From Candidatus Kapaibacterium thiocyanatum (GTDB taxonomy: Bacteria; Bacteroidota; Ignavibacteria; Kapaibacteriales; Kapaibacteriaceae), in contig MKVH01000002.1 of the NCBI GenBank assembly GCA_001899175.1, forward strand, positions 287,702 to 351,701: a stretch of DNA of 64,000 nt, in the 5' to 3' direction. The notes below the pieces were generated by a model. It saw only the letters and a program-made list of their open reading frames with translations, did not search any database and had not been told where the DNA came from. Every line of letters starts with the position of its first letter. Positions within the stretch are counted from its first letter, which is position 1. A program made the translations under genes and the position numbers. Below, piece after piece: positions 29,201 to 39,200 of this stretch.

Positions 29201-30593
29201 GTACAGGGCCGGGAACCCATCGATAGGAAAGTCCCGTCGCCGATTCCGTCAGGCTGGCCCACGTCGTTCCGTCGTCCGTACTCAGATCGATGCGTACGGG
29301 ATCGTCTGGCAACGAGCCTGTCCATGTGATGACGGTGTCGATACCGGCCGTGAGCGTTTCACCGCCGTTGGGGGAAACGACCCGAAGCGTGTTGTCGCGT
29401 GACCGGAAACCGGCCTTGGCACGGATGGTCTGGGACGAGCAGGCGTCGCTCGTCACGGTGATCGTGGCGAACTGTCCCGTCGAATCCTGGGCATCGTATC
29501 GGATGGTGATGTCGTGGCTCTGATCGGGCTGTAGTGTCACGTTCGGCGGTACGGCGCCACTCGTGATGGTGAAACGGGGGTTGTCGACGACGATGTTCGT
29601 GATGGTCACGGGCTTGTTGCGTGCCGTGAGGGTGACGGTGCGCGTGGCCGATGAGGAGACGGCCACTTCGCCGAAGGCGAGGCCGGTCGTACTGGCGTCG
29701 AGGAGCGAGCGTGAGCCGACGGGTACCGAATACGAACGATTCCTGGTAGTGGTGGTCCTGGTCAGGACGATGGCCCTGTCGGCGTTGCAGTTTGCGGAAG
29801 CCGTCCAGCTCACCGTACAGGAACCGAGCTGCTTGGCATCGGCGACGAAGGCACGTGCGTGGATCGTGGCTTCCAGAGCGGTCTGGATGTTTTCGGCCCA
29901 TGTGCCGCCGGACTCGGTGGCGAGGGTACGAAGGGATTCGGAGACGGGTGTTCCGACCCCGATGACGTAGATCCTGATGTGGAAGGTGCGCGCCAGCGAG
30001 AGCAGGGCCTCGACGTCGATACGGGTATTACCGTCCGTCATCAGGAGGAGCGTGCGATCGTAGCGTGCGTTCAGGAGCTGGTTGATCGCTCCCATCGGGC
30101 TTTCGTTGAGGCCGTTGGTCAGGTTCGTACCCTTGCCGACCTGCAGTGCGTCGACGGCAGAGGCGAAGCGCGGACGGTTCGACGTCGGTCCGAGCTGAAG
30201 CATCGGATGCTGATCGTAACCGATGAGACCTGCCTCATCGGCGGGATTCGTCAGTACGGCTTCGATGGCCTTCGCACCGGTCTTCTGGATGTCGAGGACC
30301 TGTGCCTGTGTCGATGCCGAGATGTCGCATGCCACCATCAGCGACAGGATACGCGCCGTACCCGCGGGAGGGCATACCGTCTGCGACGGCAGGACCTGGC
30401 CGTCTTCCCTGACGGTGATATCGTTGGCACCGGATTCGATGGTTTCGAGATCGCCCGATCCATTGAAGCCGAAGACGCGTGTGGAGATGGCAGGATAATT
30501 CCTGGAGTCCACGTTCATGACCACGAAGGACTGTGCCGTAAGTCCGATCGTAGTGAGTAACGTGCATAGAACGAACAGGGTAGCAGTGCGCAT
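26295..30593 (-). CDS. Giant secreted protein: vWA domain + WD40 beta-propeller + multiple Ig-like/ASPM-type beta domains + T9SS C-terminal sorting domain
   Basis: Signal peptide MRTATLFVLCTLLTTIGLTAQ. vWA-like metal-site region (LLLMTDGNT...IRIYVIGVG). Multiple WD repeats (SGSFDGTVRFFD, GSADLTVRTWN). T9SS-type C-terminus ...YRLPFDVTTMSNGAYYILMTTPTERRSQRLEISK. Alternative starts at 30599/30614. Confidence 0.75.
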   Translation of the reverse strand: MRTATLFVLCTLLTTIGLTAQSFVVMNVDSRNYPAISTRVFGFNGSGDLETIESGANDITVREDGQVLPSQTVCPPAGTARILSLMVACDISASTQAQVLDIQKTGAKAIEAVLTNPADEAGLIGYDQHPMLQLGPTSNRPRFASAVDALQVGKGTNLTNGLNESPMGAINQLLNARYDRTLLLMTDGNTRIDVEALLSLARTFHIRIYVIGVGTPVSESLRTLATESGGTWAENIQTALEATIHARAFVADAKQLGSCTVSWTASANCNADRAIVLTRTTTTRNRSYSVPVGSRSLLDASTTGLAFGEVAVSSSATRTVTLTARNKPVTITNIVVDNPRFTITSGAVPPNVTLQPDQSHDITIRYDAQDSTGQFATITVTSDACSSQTIRAKAGFRSRDNTLRVVSPNGGETLTAGIDTVITWTGSLPDDPVRIDLSTDDGTTWASLTESATGLSYRWVPGPVQTTHAKVRIQQTVIDASKVVVLSGEQPLYTAEFVAGGTRAVTGGHDGGVNLWNAQTGEHIARLGTHGDWVSSVAGHPTQPVVASGSFDGTVRFFDIDTRQLIQTIPVGSRVWSLVFSKDGSKLYVGQDNALTVIQNGAIAGQQTQVTGAVHSIVMNGDGTRLVCGEGQTAVIRDVNQMDVIQRFTGHTGPVYSADISPDGSTVVSGSADLTVRTWNASTGQQRTQSNPSSGSILSVRYSPNGSQILAAGGDGTAKFLDAGTLRMTNFLAGHRGLVYSARYGQNGTSVITASTDFTARIWNLGGLRLTEDVSDATFSVVGGTATGSDVDMGTVMVRNGIDKTATVVRNTGTTPLAIRSVRLASGDLTDFDMVSVPTSTMLAPGAALDVEFAFAPTAAGARSADLDIETGTGTIRTRVFGNGTLPQLQVPYLVDFGRKVANLGTNDTTIVISLPASATEAVRVTGTSLTGPASGQFSIVQGGGFFTLAPGETRSLILRFEPTDLGRFAAQVTLTTESGAPIVVKLYGEGSGDATISTVQSVVFDVDACNSTPVERTITVSNTGNSSLLLFEARVAGLNASEFTITPVGSIQFPLELAAKAKQDFIIRFTPMIPGIRTAQAIFTSTAMNAIGGETYTQLVARKDSIGFELTRPVVAFDNVPENTPATETFQILNTGTVSLRWPKGPIELGTFRIESILPDVTPPGGISTVVVRFRGGTAGNAYTASYTFMDSTCNHNQTLQFRATVSTYIGVLLRADTMRVHTDRGIDVPVYITDKINLDRTTVRDIDVDVIVNATLLMPSGQTPVGTVSNGMRTIPVRITIPAGNDSLATTLRFHSLWGNDTASTVAFTNIRVADTILVRTQPGQVILDDLCRQGGPRLIKLAAQGAGIHVSPQPATGPATIDVAVVERGHTTVTVVDMTGRTLATIVDRYLQPGVYRLPFDVTTMSNGAYYILMTTPTERRSQRLEISK

Positions 30594-31424
30594 CGTCATG
30601 CAACCAGGCCTCAAATAGATTCAACGACGTATCGAGTCAAGCACGAGCCATAAAAGTACCATTTCGGTGATGGCGCGACAAACTTTCTTTGACGGGGCGA
30701 AGACCGGGTATCGGCCGGTCGCGGTGGCCCGTTCTCCATCGCTCGTGCCATCAGGAATGGAGAACGCCGATCGTCAGCGGTCCGTTACAGGGATACCTGT
30801 CCGGACGGACTCGGAACCCGGTGCCGATCTGCATCGTCGCGACCGAACGACGCAGCACCGGTGTGAGGATCATTGTCGATTCGTCCGCAGTTCGTCCGCA
30901 GTGTCTTGCCGGAGTGCCTTGATGGGGGGAGATGGGAGGCGAGTACGACCGGAACGACGGGAGGGGCCGGTACGTGAAGGCGAATTCACGAACTGCGACG
31001 TTCGGTCGGTCGAAGGCGAATTCCTGGAAGGGAACGGGTGACGAATGGAGGCGATGCCGACGACCTTCCATATCAGGACGAAGGGTTCCGGCACTGGCCG
31101 CCGTGTAACGGAGGAACGACAGAACAGGACGATGGACGAAAGACCGATGAGGATGTCGAAGCTCCAGCCCGTGAAGCTCATGATGGCCCGAACCTTATGC
31201 TGCAGGGAAAGCCGATGCAGTACCAGGTCCACGGGGAAACGCAGGGCATGCCAGGCATCGTGGAACGCCCGGTAGTATCATGGATAACCGTACGCGATGT
31301 CGTATGAAGACGGTCTCAATGTCACGAAAACAGCGGTATCGGTACGAGAAGAGATGACCGACGCAGCCCGTGATGGAAGGGCTACGCCGGTCATGATGGA
31401 CTCACTGGATCGTCATGGGGCGCA

Positions 31425-33455
31425 TCACTCGATCGGAGTTTCGACCACGACCGTCACGGTGCGGCTGTATGCACGTCCCTCCGGGAGGTGGACATCGTAG
31501 GGCGACTGCTCTCCGAGCGATCGTACGTCTGCTCCTTGCAGCTTGAGTACGCGCGCCGTTTCGTTCGCACGACGTCGCGACAGCTCCAGATTGTACATGT
31601 CCGAACCGATGTTATCGGTGAAGCCACTCACGGTGACCGTCGATGCGGGACGTATACGCTGGGCGATGAGGTCGATGATGGCAGCATTCGCTCCCTTGAT
31701 GGCGGCGTCGTTGAAGTCGAAGAGGATGAGACTGAAGCGATCGATCTCCTTGTCGGCGATGCGCTCGATACGCTTCTTGCGGATCGTCATCTGCTGCACG
31801 CCGATCTGTTTCGCCGGTGGCATCAGCACGCTTCCGGCACGATCCTCGAGGGTCAGTTGATAGTCGACGGCGCTTTCGCTGCGGGGGATGGCCGTACGAT
31901 CGGAAGTCACGTCCCACGTCACGAACGTGGGAAGGGTATCCCTGCCATGCATGGAATACAGCGTACGTCCATCCTGTCTGGCTTCCACCTTCCATGTGGC
32001 GAGGCCAGCCGACGCGACGGACGTGAGATCGAAGCGTACCTGTTGCGGTGTCGATGTCCGCAACGTATCCGTCGTGAAGACCGGACGCAGGATCCTGCTG
32101 TCCGAACTGGTGATCTCCACACGACGATTCTCTTCGTGAGCGAGGGGAATGTCCGCCGGATCGCTCGCCCGCGTGGGATGTTCCGGCAGGAGACGCTGCT
32201 GGATCCGTATCCGCGACGTATCGATACCGCAGACATCGATGAAGTAGGCACGTACGGTCTTCGCCCGTGCCAGCGCCAGTGCGGTGCCTGCATCGCGACC
32301 CGTCTCGGACGTGCACCCCGTCAGTGTGAGCGTCGCCGCCGGATTGTCCCGCATGCGTCGTCCGACGATGTTCAGGATATGGTAGTAGGTCTCCAGTGTT
32401 CCTTGTGCATAGAGCTGCTCTTCCCTGAACGACTGTACGGACGAAGGATCGAGATTCCTGTATCGTGCCGGTAATGTGGAACTGCCTTCGTCGAAGAAGA
32501 TGTAGTTCAGGAGCGGCCGCAGGTCCGTGGCCACGATTTCCTCGATGCGCAGTGTGACGTCGTCGATCAACCGCCCATCGTCCTCTATGCCGTGCGCTTC
32601 GATGTCGCCACCGAGGAAGGGTCTGACGGGTGGTGGAGGCGGAACGGTATCGGGCGGCGGAGGTGGTGGAGCAGGAGGTTCGGAGATCGGCGACCAGCCG
32701 AGTGCCAGTCCGAACCGGAGTTGATGGGCCTTCCACGAGACACCGTCCGCCACACCGGTGAGGGCATGATGGTAGAAGATTTCGGGGGCGAGGAAGGTCG
32801 TGCCGCGTGTATTGAGGGGCAGGACGTACCGGGCACCGACGGCGATGGTGGCCCGCAATGTGGACGCACCCGGAATGTCCTTCGAAACGTCGACCCATAC
32901 ACGGTCACTACCGAGATAGGCGCCGTAGTCCGCGGGTTCGATCATCGTTTCCGTCTGATGGACCGACGACGTCGTGACGTAGGCGAGACGTCCGCCGACG
33001 AACAGATCCAGCCCACCGATGGCGCGCCAGCCGATCATCGGCTCGAGACCGATGCTGGACAATGTGGCATCGAGGTCATGGCGGAACAGCGCCTCGACGA
33101 CGCGAGCGGAGTCGCGCAGATCCGCTACGACCGTACGTTCGTCATCGGACTGACGTCCTCCTTCACCGGCATAGGTGAGGCGAAGGTGGAGCTTCCACCG
33201 GTCATCGAGCGGAAGCGTGCCGAAGGCACCCAGATAGAAGCCATTGCCCGACCCTCCGTCGAACGACGGGCAGCAGGACGGGATGTCGCCGAGTTTCCGG
33301 AAAGAGGCCACGTGACTGTTGCGCCCGTATCCTCCGAGGATGCCGAGTTCGGGGCGTGCGGCAGGAGCCTGTTGTCCATGCGCGGAGACGAGAACCGTCG
33401 ACGTCAGTACCAGGGCCGAGAGTATGGTTCGAAGCATAGTCGCAATTCCCGTCAT
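31425..33455 (-). CDS. OmpA-family outer-membrane protein with tandem OmpA-like domains and poly-Pro linker (paralog B)
   Basis: Same architecture as 24235..26298: CCPSF motif, LTGCTSETG...NRRVEI, C-terminal VSGFTDNIGSDMYNLELSRRRANETARVL. Linker PPAPPPPPPDTVPPPPPV. Confidence 0.8.
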   Translation of the reverse strand: MTGIATMLRTILSALVLTSTVLVSAHGQQAPAARPELGILGGYGRNSHVASFRKLGDIPSCCPSFDGGSGNGFYLGAFGTLPLDDRWKLHLRLTYAGEGGRQSDDERTVVADLRDSARVVEALFRHDLDATLSSIGLEPMIGWRAIGGLDLFVGGRLAYVTTSSVHQTETMIEPADYGAYLGSDRVWVDVSKDIPGASTLRATIAVGARYVLPLNTRGTTFLAPEIFYHHALTGVADGVSWKAHQLRFGLALGWSPISEPPAPPPPPPDTVPPPPPVRPFLGGDIEAHGIEDDGRLIDDVTLRIEEIVATDLRPLLNYIFFDEGSSTLPARYRNLDPSSVQSFREEQLYAQGTLETYYHILNIVGRRMRDNPAATLTLTGCTSETGRDAGTALALARAKTVRAYFIDVCGIDTSRIRIQQRLLPEHPTRASDPADIPLAHEENRRVEITSSDSRILRPVFTTDTLRTSTPQQVRFDLTSVASAGLATWKVEARQDGRTLYSMHGRDTLPTFVTWDVTSDRTAIPRSESAVDYQLTLEDRAGSVLMPPAKQIGVQQMTIRKKRIERIADKEIDRFSLILFDFNDAAIKGANAAIIDLIAQRIRPASTVTVSGFTDNIGSDMYNLELSRRRANETARVLKLQGADVRSLGEQSPYDVHLPEGRAYSRTVTVVVETPIE

Positions 33456-33497
33456 GATGAACCAGGGTATACGTGCTGCATATGACTCTGAACGTGA

Positions 33498-34160
33498 CTA
33501 TTTGTGACCCGGCATGAAGGCCGATGGACACAATGCGGTGATGGTGCATTCCGAACAACGCGGACGCCGCGCAATACAGGTACGGCGTCCATGCGTGATG
33601 ATGCGATGATTGAAGCTGTTCCACAGCTCCGGCTCCATGAGGTCCATCAGCGTGAACTCGATACGCACGGGATCGGTATCGTCCACAAGCTTCAGCAGAT
33701 TGCTGATGCGGATGACATGGGTATCGACCGTGATCCCCGGGATGCCGTAGTAATTGCTGAGGACACAGTTCGCCGTCTTTCGTCCCACACCGGGTAGCGA
33801 CACCAGTTCCTCGAGCGTGGCGGGGACTTCGCCGTCGAAGTCGTCGATCAGCTTCGCACAGCATCCCCGTATGTTCTTCGCCTTGTTCTTGTAGAAGCCT
33901 GTGGAACGGATATCCTCCTCCAGTTCCTCGGCGGGTACGAGCAGGTAGTCTTCCGGTGTGCGGTACTTCTTGAAGAGGGACTTGGTGACGATGTTGACGC
34001 GTTCGTCCGTGCACTGCGCGGACATGATGGTGGCCACGAGGAGTTCGAGGGCATTGGTGAAGTCCAGCCCCGCTTTCGCATCGGGATAGGTCTTGCCCAG
34101 GATGTTGATGATCGATGCGAGGCGTGTGCGGCGTGCCGCACGGGATTCACGTTTGGCCAT
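33498..34160 (-). CDS. nth: Endonuclease III
   Basis: HhH-GPD motif LVSLPGVGRKTANCVL and the C-x6-C-x2-C-x5-C [4Fe-4S] cluster. Start set at the internal Met (MAKRES...). Confidence 0.85.
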   Translation of the reverse strand: MAKRESRAARRTRLASIINILGKTYPDAKAGLDFTNALELLVATIMSAQCTDERVNIVTKSLFKKYRTPEDYLLVPAEELEEDIRSTGFYKNKAKNIRGCCAKLIDDFDGEVPATLEELVSLPGVGRKTANCVLSNYYGIPGITVDTHVIRISNLLKLVDDTDPVRIEFTLMDLMEPELWNSFNHRIITHGRRTCIARRPRCSECTITALCPSAFMPGHK

Positions 34161-34827
34161 GGTTCGAACAGAGACTGTCGGGAGTATCCCGATGATAGAT
34201 ATAGGTGGGGTGATCCGTCCTGGCGATGACGACGCCTTCGTGCGAAGCGCGTTCGTGCAGCATTGCGTCGTCGGCATATCGTACGGCGTCGAACCCTCCC
34301 AGAGCCGTCAGGACGTCGCGGCGGATGACGAAGGTGCCGCCCACGACGCATTCCGCGATATGGATGGACTTCGTGGGATCGTCCTTGTCGGCCACGTAGG
34401 GCGTACCGACGATGTCCACGCCGCCGTGGAGGAATTCCACCATCGGATGGTCGAGCAGCATGCGCTTGCGGGAAGCCAGATGGTCGGGCAGGTATTCGTC
34501 ATCCGAGTCGAGGAAGGTCACGAAGAGCCCGCTGCTCGCCTGCAGGCCTGCGTTCCGGGACAGTCCGGTGCCCCTGTTCGTATGGTACAAGCCGCGTATG
34601 GTTCTGTGTGCGGCTGCGTACCTTTGCACGACGGCGGCCGTGTCATCGGTCGAGCCGTCGTCCACGACGATCGCCTCCCAATCCGTTTCCGTCTGTGCGA
34701 GCAGCGAGTCGAGAGCGCGGGGCAGCAGCGCTGCCCGATTGTACGTGCAGATGACGACGCTGAAGAACGGACGTCGTTCGACGCGCAGGGAACTGGTGGA
34801 TTCGGAAAACATGGAATCGGAGCTCAT
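34147..34827 (-). CDS. Glycosyltransferase family 2
   Basis: FSVVICTYNRAALLPRALDSLLAQT...VVDDGSTDDT, a GT2 (GT-A) signature. Start could be M6 (34812). Confidence 0.75.
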   Translation of the reverse strand: MSSDSMFSESTSSLRVERRPFFSVVICTYNRAALLPRALDSLLAQTETDWEAIVVDDGSTDDTAAVVQRYAAAHRTIRGLYHTNRGTGLSRNAGLQASSGLFVTFLDSDDEYLPDHLASRKRMLLDHPMVEFLHGGVDIVGTPYVADKDDPTKSIHIAECVVGGTFVIRRDVLTALGGFDAVRYADDAMLHERASHEGVVIARTDHPTYIYHRDTPDSLCSNHGQT

Positions 34828-34879
34828 GGATCAAAACTACGACGACTTGGAAGAACCGCTCGACCACGGTGCGGAATCG

Positions 34880-35545
34880 ATGACGAAGATCGATTTCTGG
34901 ACGGCGTGCTCGTCGAACGGCATCATTCTCGACATCGAGCAGATGGAGCGCCTGGAGCGGTATCATGACGAGCTCCGCTACTGGAACGAAAAGGTGAACA
35001 TGATCTCGCGCAAGGACGTGTCGAACATCTGGGAACGGCACATCCTCCATGCGCTGGCACTGGTGAAGTATGCGACCTTTCCCCAGAAGGCGCGTGTGCT
35101 GGACGTCGGTACCGGGGGCGGGCTGCCGGGCATTCCGCTCAAGATCGCCCGGCCGGATCTGCGCATGCTGATGATGGATTCCATCCGCAAGAAGGTGACC
35201 TGTACCGAGATGTTCGCCCAGCATACCGGACTCAAGGACATCGAGGTCCGGTGCGGTCGTGTGGAAGATCTCGTGAAGGAATCAAACTACCGGCGCGGGT
35301 TCGACGTTATTGTTTCACGGGCCGTGGCGCGTACGGGAGTCCTTCTGGACTGGGTACGCCCCCTCATGAAGCCGGCCGGCGGCGTCTGCTACTTCCTGAA
35401 GGGCGGAGACCTGCGCGAGGAATTCGCCGAAGCGCGGGAACGCCATCCCGGACTGCACATCGAGGAGACGCCGATCGATCTGTTCGGCGTGCCGGGCTTC
35501 AAAACGGATGACAAGAAGATCATTACCTGCAGCTATGCGCTATAG
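34880..35545 (+). CDS. rsmG: 16S rRNA (guanine527-N7)-methyltransferase
   Basis: VLDVGTGGGLPGIPL motif, collinear with E. coli RsmG from MTKIDFWTACS.... The longer ORF from 34811 would overlap the divergent GT2 start. Confidence 0.8.
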   Translation: MTKIDFWTACSSNGIILDIEQMERLERYHDELRYWNEKVNMISRKDVSNIWERHILHALALVKYATFPQKARVLDVGTGGGLPGIPLKIARPDLRMLMMDSIRKKVTCTEMFAQHTGLKDIEVRCGRVEDLVKESNYRRGFDVIVSRAVARTGVLLDWVRPLMKPAGGVCYFLKGGDLREEFAEARERHPGLHIEETPIDLFGVPGFKTDDKKIITCSYAL

Positions 35546-36233
35546 TATCATCTGTCTGACGATCGTGTTCTGCGTGACCGCAGGCATGGCCCAGGTGCGC
35601 GGCCCCGTGTCCGAGCCCCAGGCCGCGCCGGGTTCGAAGAGTGCCGTCAAGCTCGCACGCGTGAAGTACAACGGCGGGGGGGACTGGTACAACGATCCCA
35701 GTGCCGAAATCAACCTGCTGCGGTACGTTCGCGCGAACACGAACATCCTCGTCGACCCGGTCTACGAATTCGTGGACCTGGCCAGCGACAACCTGTTCCT
35801 GTATCCGATCATCTTCATGACGGGTCACGGTACGGTGAACTTCACGGACGTCGAGGCGCGGAAACTGCGTGCCTATCTCGAGAACGGCGGCTTCCTCTAC
35901 GTCGACGACGACTACGGTATGGATGTCTCCATCCGCAAGGAGCTGAGGAAGGTCTTTCCCGACCAGGAGCTGGTGGAGCTGCCCTTCGATCATCCGATCT
36001 ACTCCGCACATTTCGTCTTCAGGAACGGCGTGCCGAAGATCCATGAACACGACGCCAAGCCTCCCCAGGGATTCGGATTGTTCTCGAACGGACGTCTCTG
36101 CGTATTCTATACCTTCGAGTCGAATCCGAGTGATGGCTGGGCGGATCCTGAAGTCCATCACGACCCGCCCGAACGCCGCGAAGCGGCGCTTCGCTTCGGT
36201 ACCAACATCATCGTCTACGCCCTTTCCAAATGA
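35535..36233 (+). CDS. DUF4159-domain protein (signal peptide; secreted/periplasmic)
   Basis: MRYSIICLTIVFCVTAGMAQ signal peptide. Conserved segments ...YNGGGDWYNDPSAEINL...IIFMTGHG... Confidence 0.55.
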   Translation: MRYSIICLTIVFCVTAGMAQVRGPVSEPQAAPGSKSAVKLARVKYNGGGDWYNDPSAEINLLRYVRANTNILVDPVYEFVDLASDNLFLYPIIFMTGHGTVNFTDVEARKLRAYLENGGFLYVDDDYGMDVSIRKELRKVFPDQELVELPFDHPIYSAHFVFRNGVPKIHEHDAKPPQGFGLFSNGRLCVFYTFESNPSDGWADPEVHHDPPERREAALRFGTNIIVYALSK

Positions 36234-39200
36234 TGCAGACACAGCAACGATACCGTGCGATCGTCGGCCGCCTGAAATCCGTCAGGAGGGCCGAGCAGAT
36301 GCACGAAGCAGGGCGCGGGCTGGCGACGGCCGTCACCATCGGTGCGGCTGCGATGCTTGCCATGATCCTGTTCGAGGCATGGATGCACGGTACGGTGCAG
36401 CTACGCACGGCGATGGTCCTGGCATGGATCGGCGTGACCGTCGCTTCGCTGATCGTGCTCACGGGACCGGCCATCCTGCGCCTCATGGGGCTGATGCAGG
36501 GCGATACGGTCGAACGCATGGCCTTGCGCGTAGGACGCGCCTACGACGACGTGGGCGACATGCTCTGCAACGTCCTGCAACTGGTCCAGCCGGCTGCGGC
36601 CGGTGCCGCCGATCTCGCCAATGCGGCCTTCGAACGGACGGTCGCAGTCGCGGAACCGAAGGACTTCTCCGTCATCATCGATCGTCGACCCATACGGCGT
36701 GCGGCACTCTGGATGCTGCTGAGCCTTGTGCTCGTCATCGGATTGCCGCTCGCCATGCCATCCAGCCTGGGGGCCTCCTTCCAGCGCCTCGCCGCCTACG
36801 ATACGTCCTTCCTGCCACCGGCTCCCTACAGGTTCACCATCGAACCCAGGGATACGACGGTGATGCGGGGAACGACGCTGCGTGTGACGGCGCATGCCAT
36901 CGGAACGCCGCCGCCGTCCATCACGGTGTGGATCCGCGAACTGCCCAACGAACGCTACCAGCCCTTCACCGTACGGGCCGACTCGGCAGGGACCTATCAC
37001 TATCAGATGTCGGGCCTCACCGGTTCCGTCGAATGGTATGCCCAGGGCGCCTGGCTCGATGATGGGGTGATATCGGATACCGGAAGGATCACGGTCATCG
37101 ACCGCCCTCTCGTGCGCACCCTGCAGGGCCGCGTATCGCCACCGTCCTATACCATGCTCGGTCCTACGGAGCTCACGGAGCAGCAGGCCGACGTGACTGC
37201 ACTGAACGGTTCCACGGTCGATCTCTCCATCGTTTCCAACAAGGAATTGCGCTCGGCATCGATCCTCGTCATGCGTGGCGGATCCGATTCGTCGGCAACC
37301 GATACGACGCGCGTTCCCATGCAGGTGCGCGGCTCGTCGGCCAGCGGCCGTTTCCCCGTGCAGTTTACGGGCGCCTACGCCATCGTGCTCGAAGACAAGG
37401 ACGGACAGGGCAATGCCGAGCCCGTGCGCTACGCCATCGTCGCGCTGACGGACGGACATCCCACGATCGCCCTCATCCAGCCCACGACGGATGCAGAAGT
37501 GGATCAGCGGGCCGTCCTTCCCGTGACCGTGGCGATCGCCGACGACTACGGTTTCTCGTCGCTGAAGCTCCACTATCGTCTGGTCGCGTCGAAGTATGCT
37601 CGTCCGGAAGAGAAGTATTCGTCCATCGACCTGCCCTTCACCAACAACGGTGCGGCGATCGAAGTGCCCTACGTATGGAATCTCGGCAAGCTCGGAATCT
37701 CGCCGGAAGACGTCTACGAATTCTACGTGGAAGTGGCGGACAACGACCGCGTGCGAGGACCGAAGACGGCACGGACATCGACGATGAAGGTGCGTCTGCC
37801 CTCGCTCGACGAGGTCTTCGCCCAGACCGATCGCACACAGGACGAAGCCGCACGCGAACTCAAGGAGATCGCCAAGGAAGCGGAGGAAGTACGCAAGGAA
37901 GCCGAACAGCTCCAGCGCGAGATGGCCAAGCAGTCGCAGAAGCCGGCGGAACAGGTCGACTGGAAGGAAAAGAAGAAGGCCGAAGACCTCCTCAAGCGCC
38001 AGGAAGCGCTCGAGAAGAAGATGGAACAGGTGGTGGAGAAGATCGAGCAGATGACGGAACAGTTGCAGCAGCACAACGCCATCTCTCCCGAAACCCTGCA
38101 GAAGTACATGGAACTCCAGAAGCTCATGCAGCAGGTGAAGTCTCCCGAACTCCAGCGCATGCAGGAACAGATGCGGAAGGCCATGGAACAGATGTCGCCC
38201 GAAGAACTGCAGAAGGCGATGAAGGACTTCAAGTTCAATGAAGAGGATTTCAAGAAGAACATCGAACGGACGATGAACCTGCTCAAGCGCACGCAGGCGG
38301 AACAGAAGGCCGACGAACTTTCGAAGCGCGCCGAGGAACTCGCGCAGAAGCAGGACGAACTGCAGCAGCGCACCGAGAACACGAATGCATCGAACAAGGA
38401 AGAACGTCAACGCATCGCCGAAGAGCAGAAGCGTCTGCAGGATGATCTGCAGAAGCTCGGTCAGGAGACGAAGGATCTGGAAAAGCTCATGAAGGAACTC
38501 GGCGCCGACATGCCGATGGACCAGATGGAGAAAGCGCAGAAGGAGCTCAACCAGGACGAGACGCAGCAACAGATGGAACAGGCCGAACGTGACGCCCAGA
38601 AGGGCGACATGCAGAACGCCCGCAAGAAACAGCAGCAGGCTTCCGACAATCTGCAGCGCTTCGCACAGCAGATGAAGAACATGAAGCGCGACATGAAGCG
38701 TAATTCTGCACGCGAGGCCATGCGGCAGATGCAGCGTTCGATGAACGACATGCTCGACCTGTCGCGTCAGCAGGAAGCCCTGCGGGACCAGACGCAGTCG
38801 CTCGATCCCAATTCCGCACAGTATCCGCAGATGGCCCAGAAGCAGCAGCGCATCCAGGAAGCCATGTCCAACATCGCCAACAACATGATGCAGCTCGCCC
38901 AGAAGTCCACCAGCGTGTCGCAGGAAATGGCACAGGACATGGGCAATTCGCTGCAGAACATGAAGGATGCCATCCAGCAGTTGCAGGACCGGAACGGACA
39001 GATGGCTGCGAAGAACCAGAGCGGCGCCATGAGTTCGATGAACAGCGCCGTGCAACGGATGAGCGATGCCCTCGGACAGATGATGCAGGGCGAAGGCCAG
39101 GCCCAGGGCGGTCAGGGACAGAAGCCCGGCATGGGTGAAGGGAACGGTCAGAGTCCATTCCAGCGTCTGCAGAATCTGGCCAATCAGCAGAAGTCCATCA

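Noticed and set aside
30667-31041. 124-aa plus-strand ORF in the 810-bp gap
   Set aside because: No coding periodicity or motifs, and mixed GC3.
32527-32724. Gly/Pro-rich low-complexity stretch, possibly a repeat element
   Set aside because: It is the antisense/other-frame image of the poly-proline linker within OmpA paralog B, not an independent repeat.
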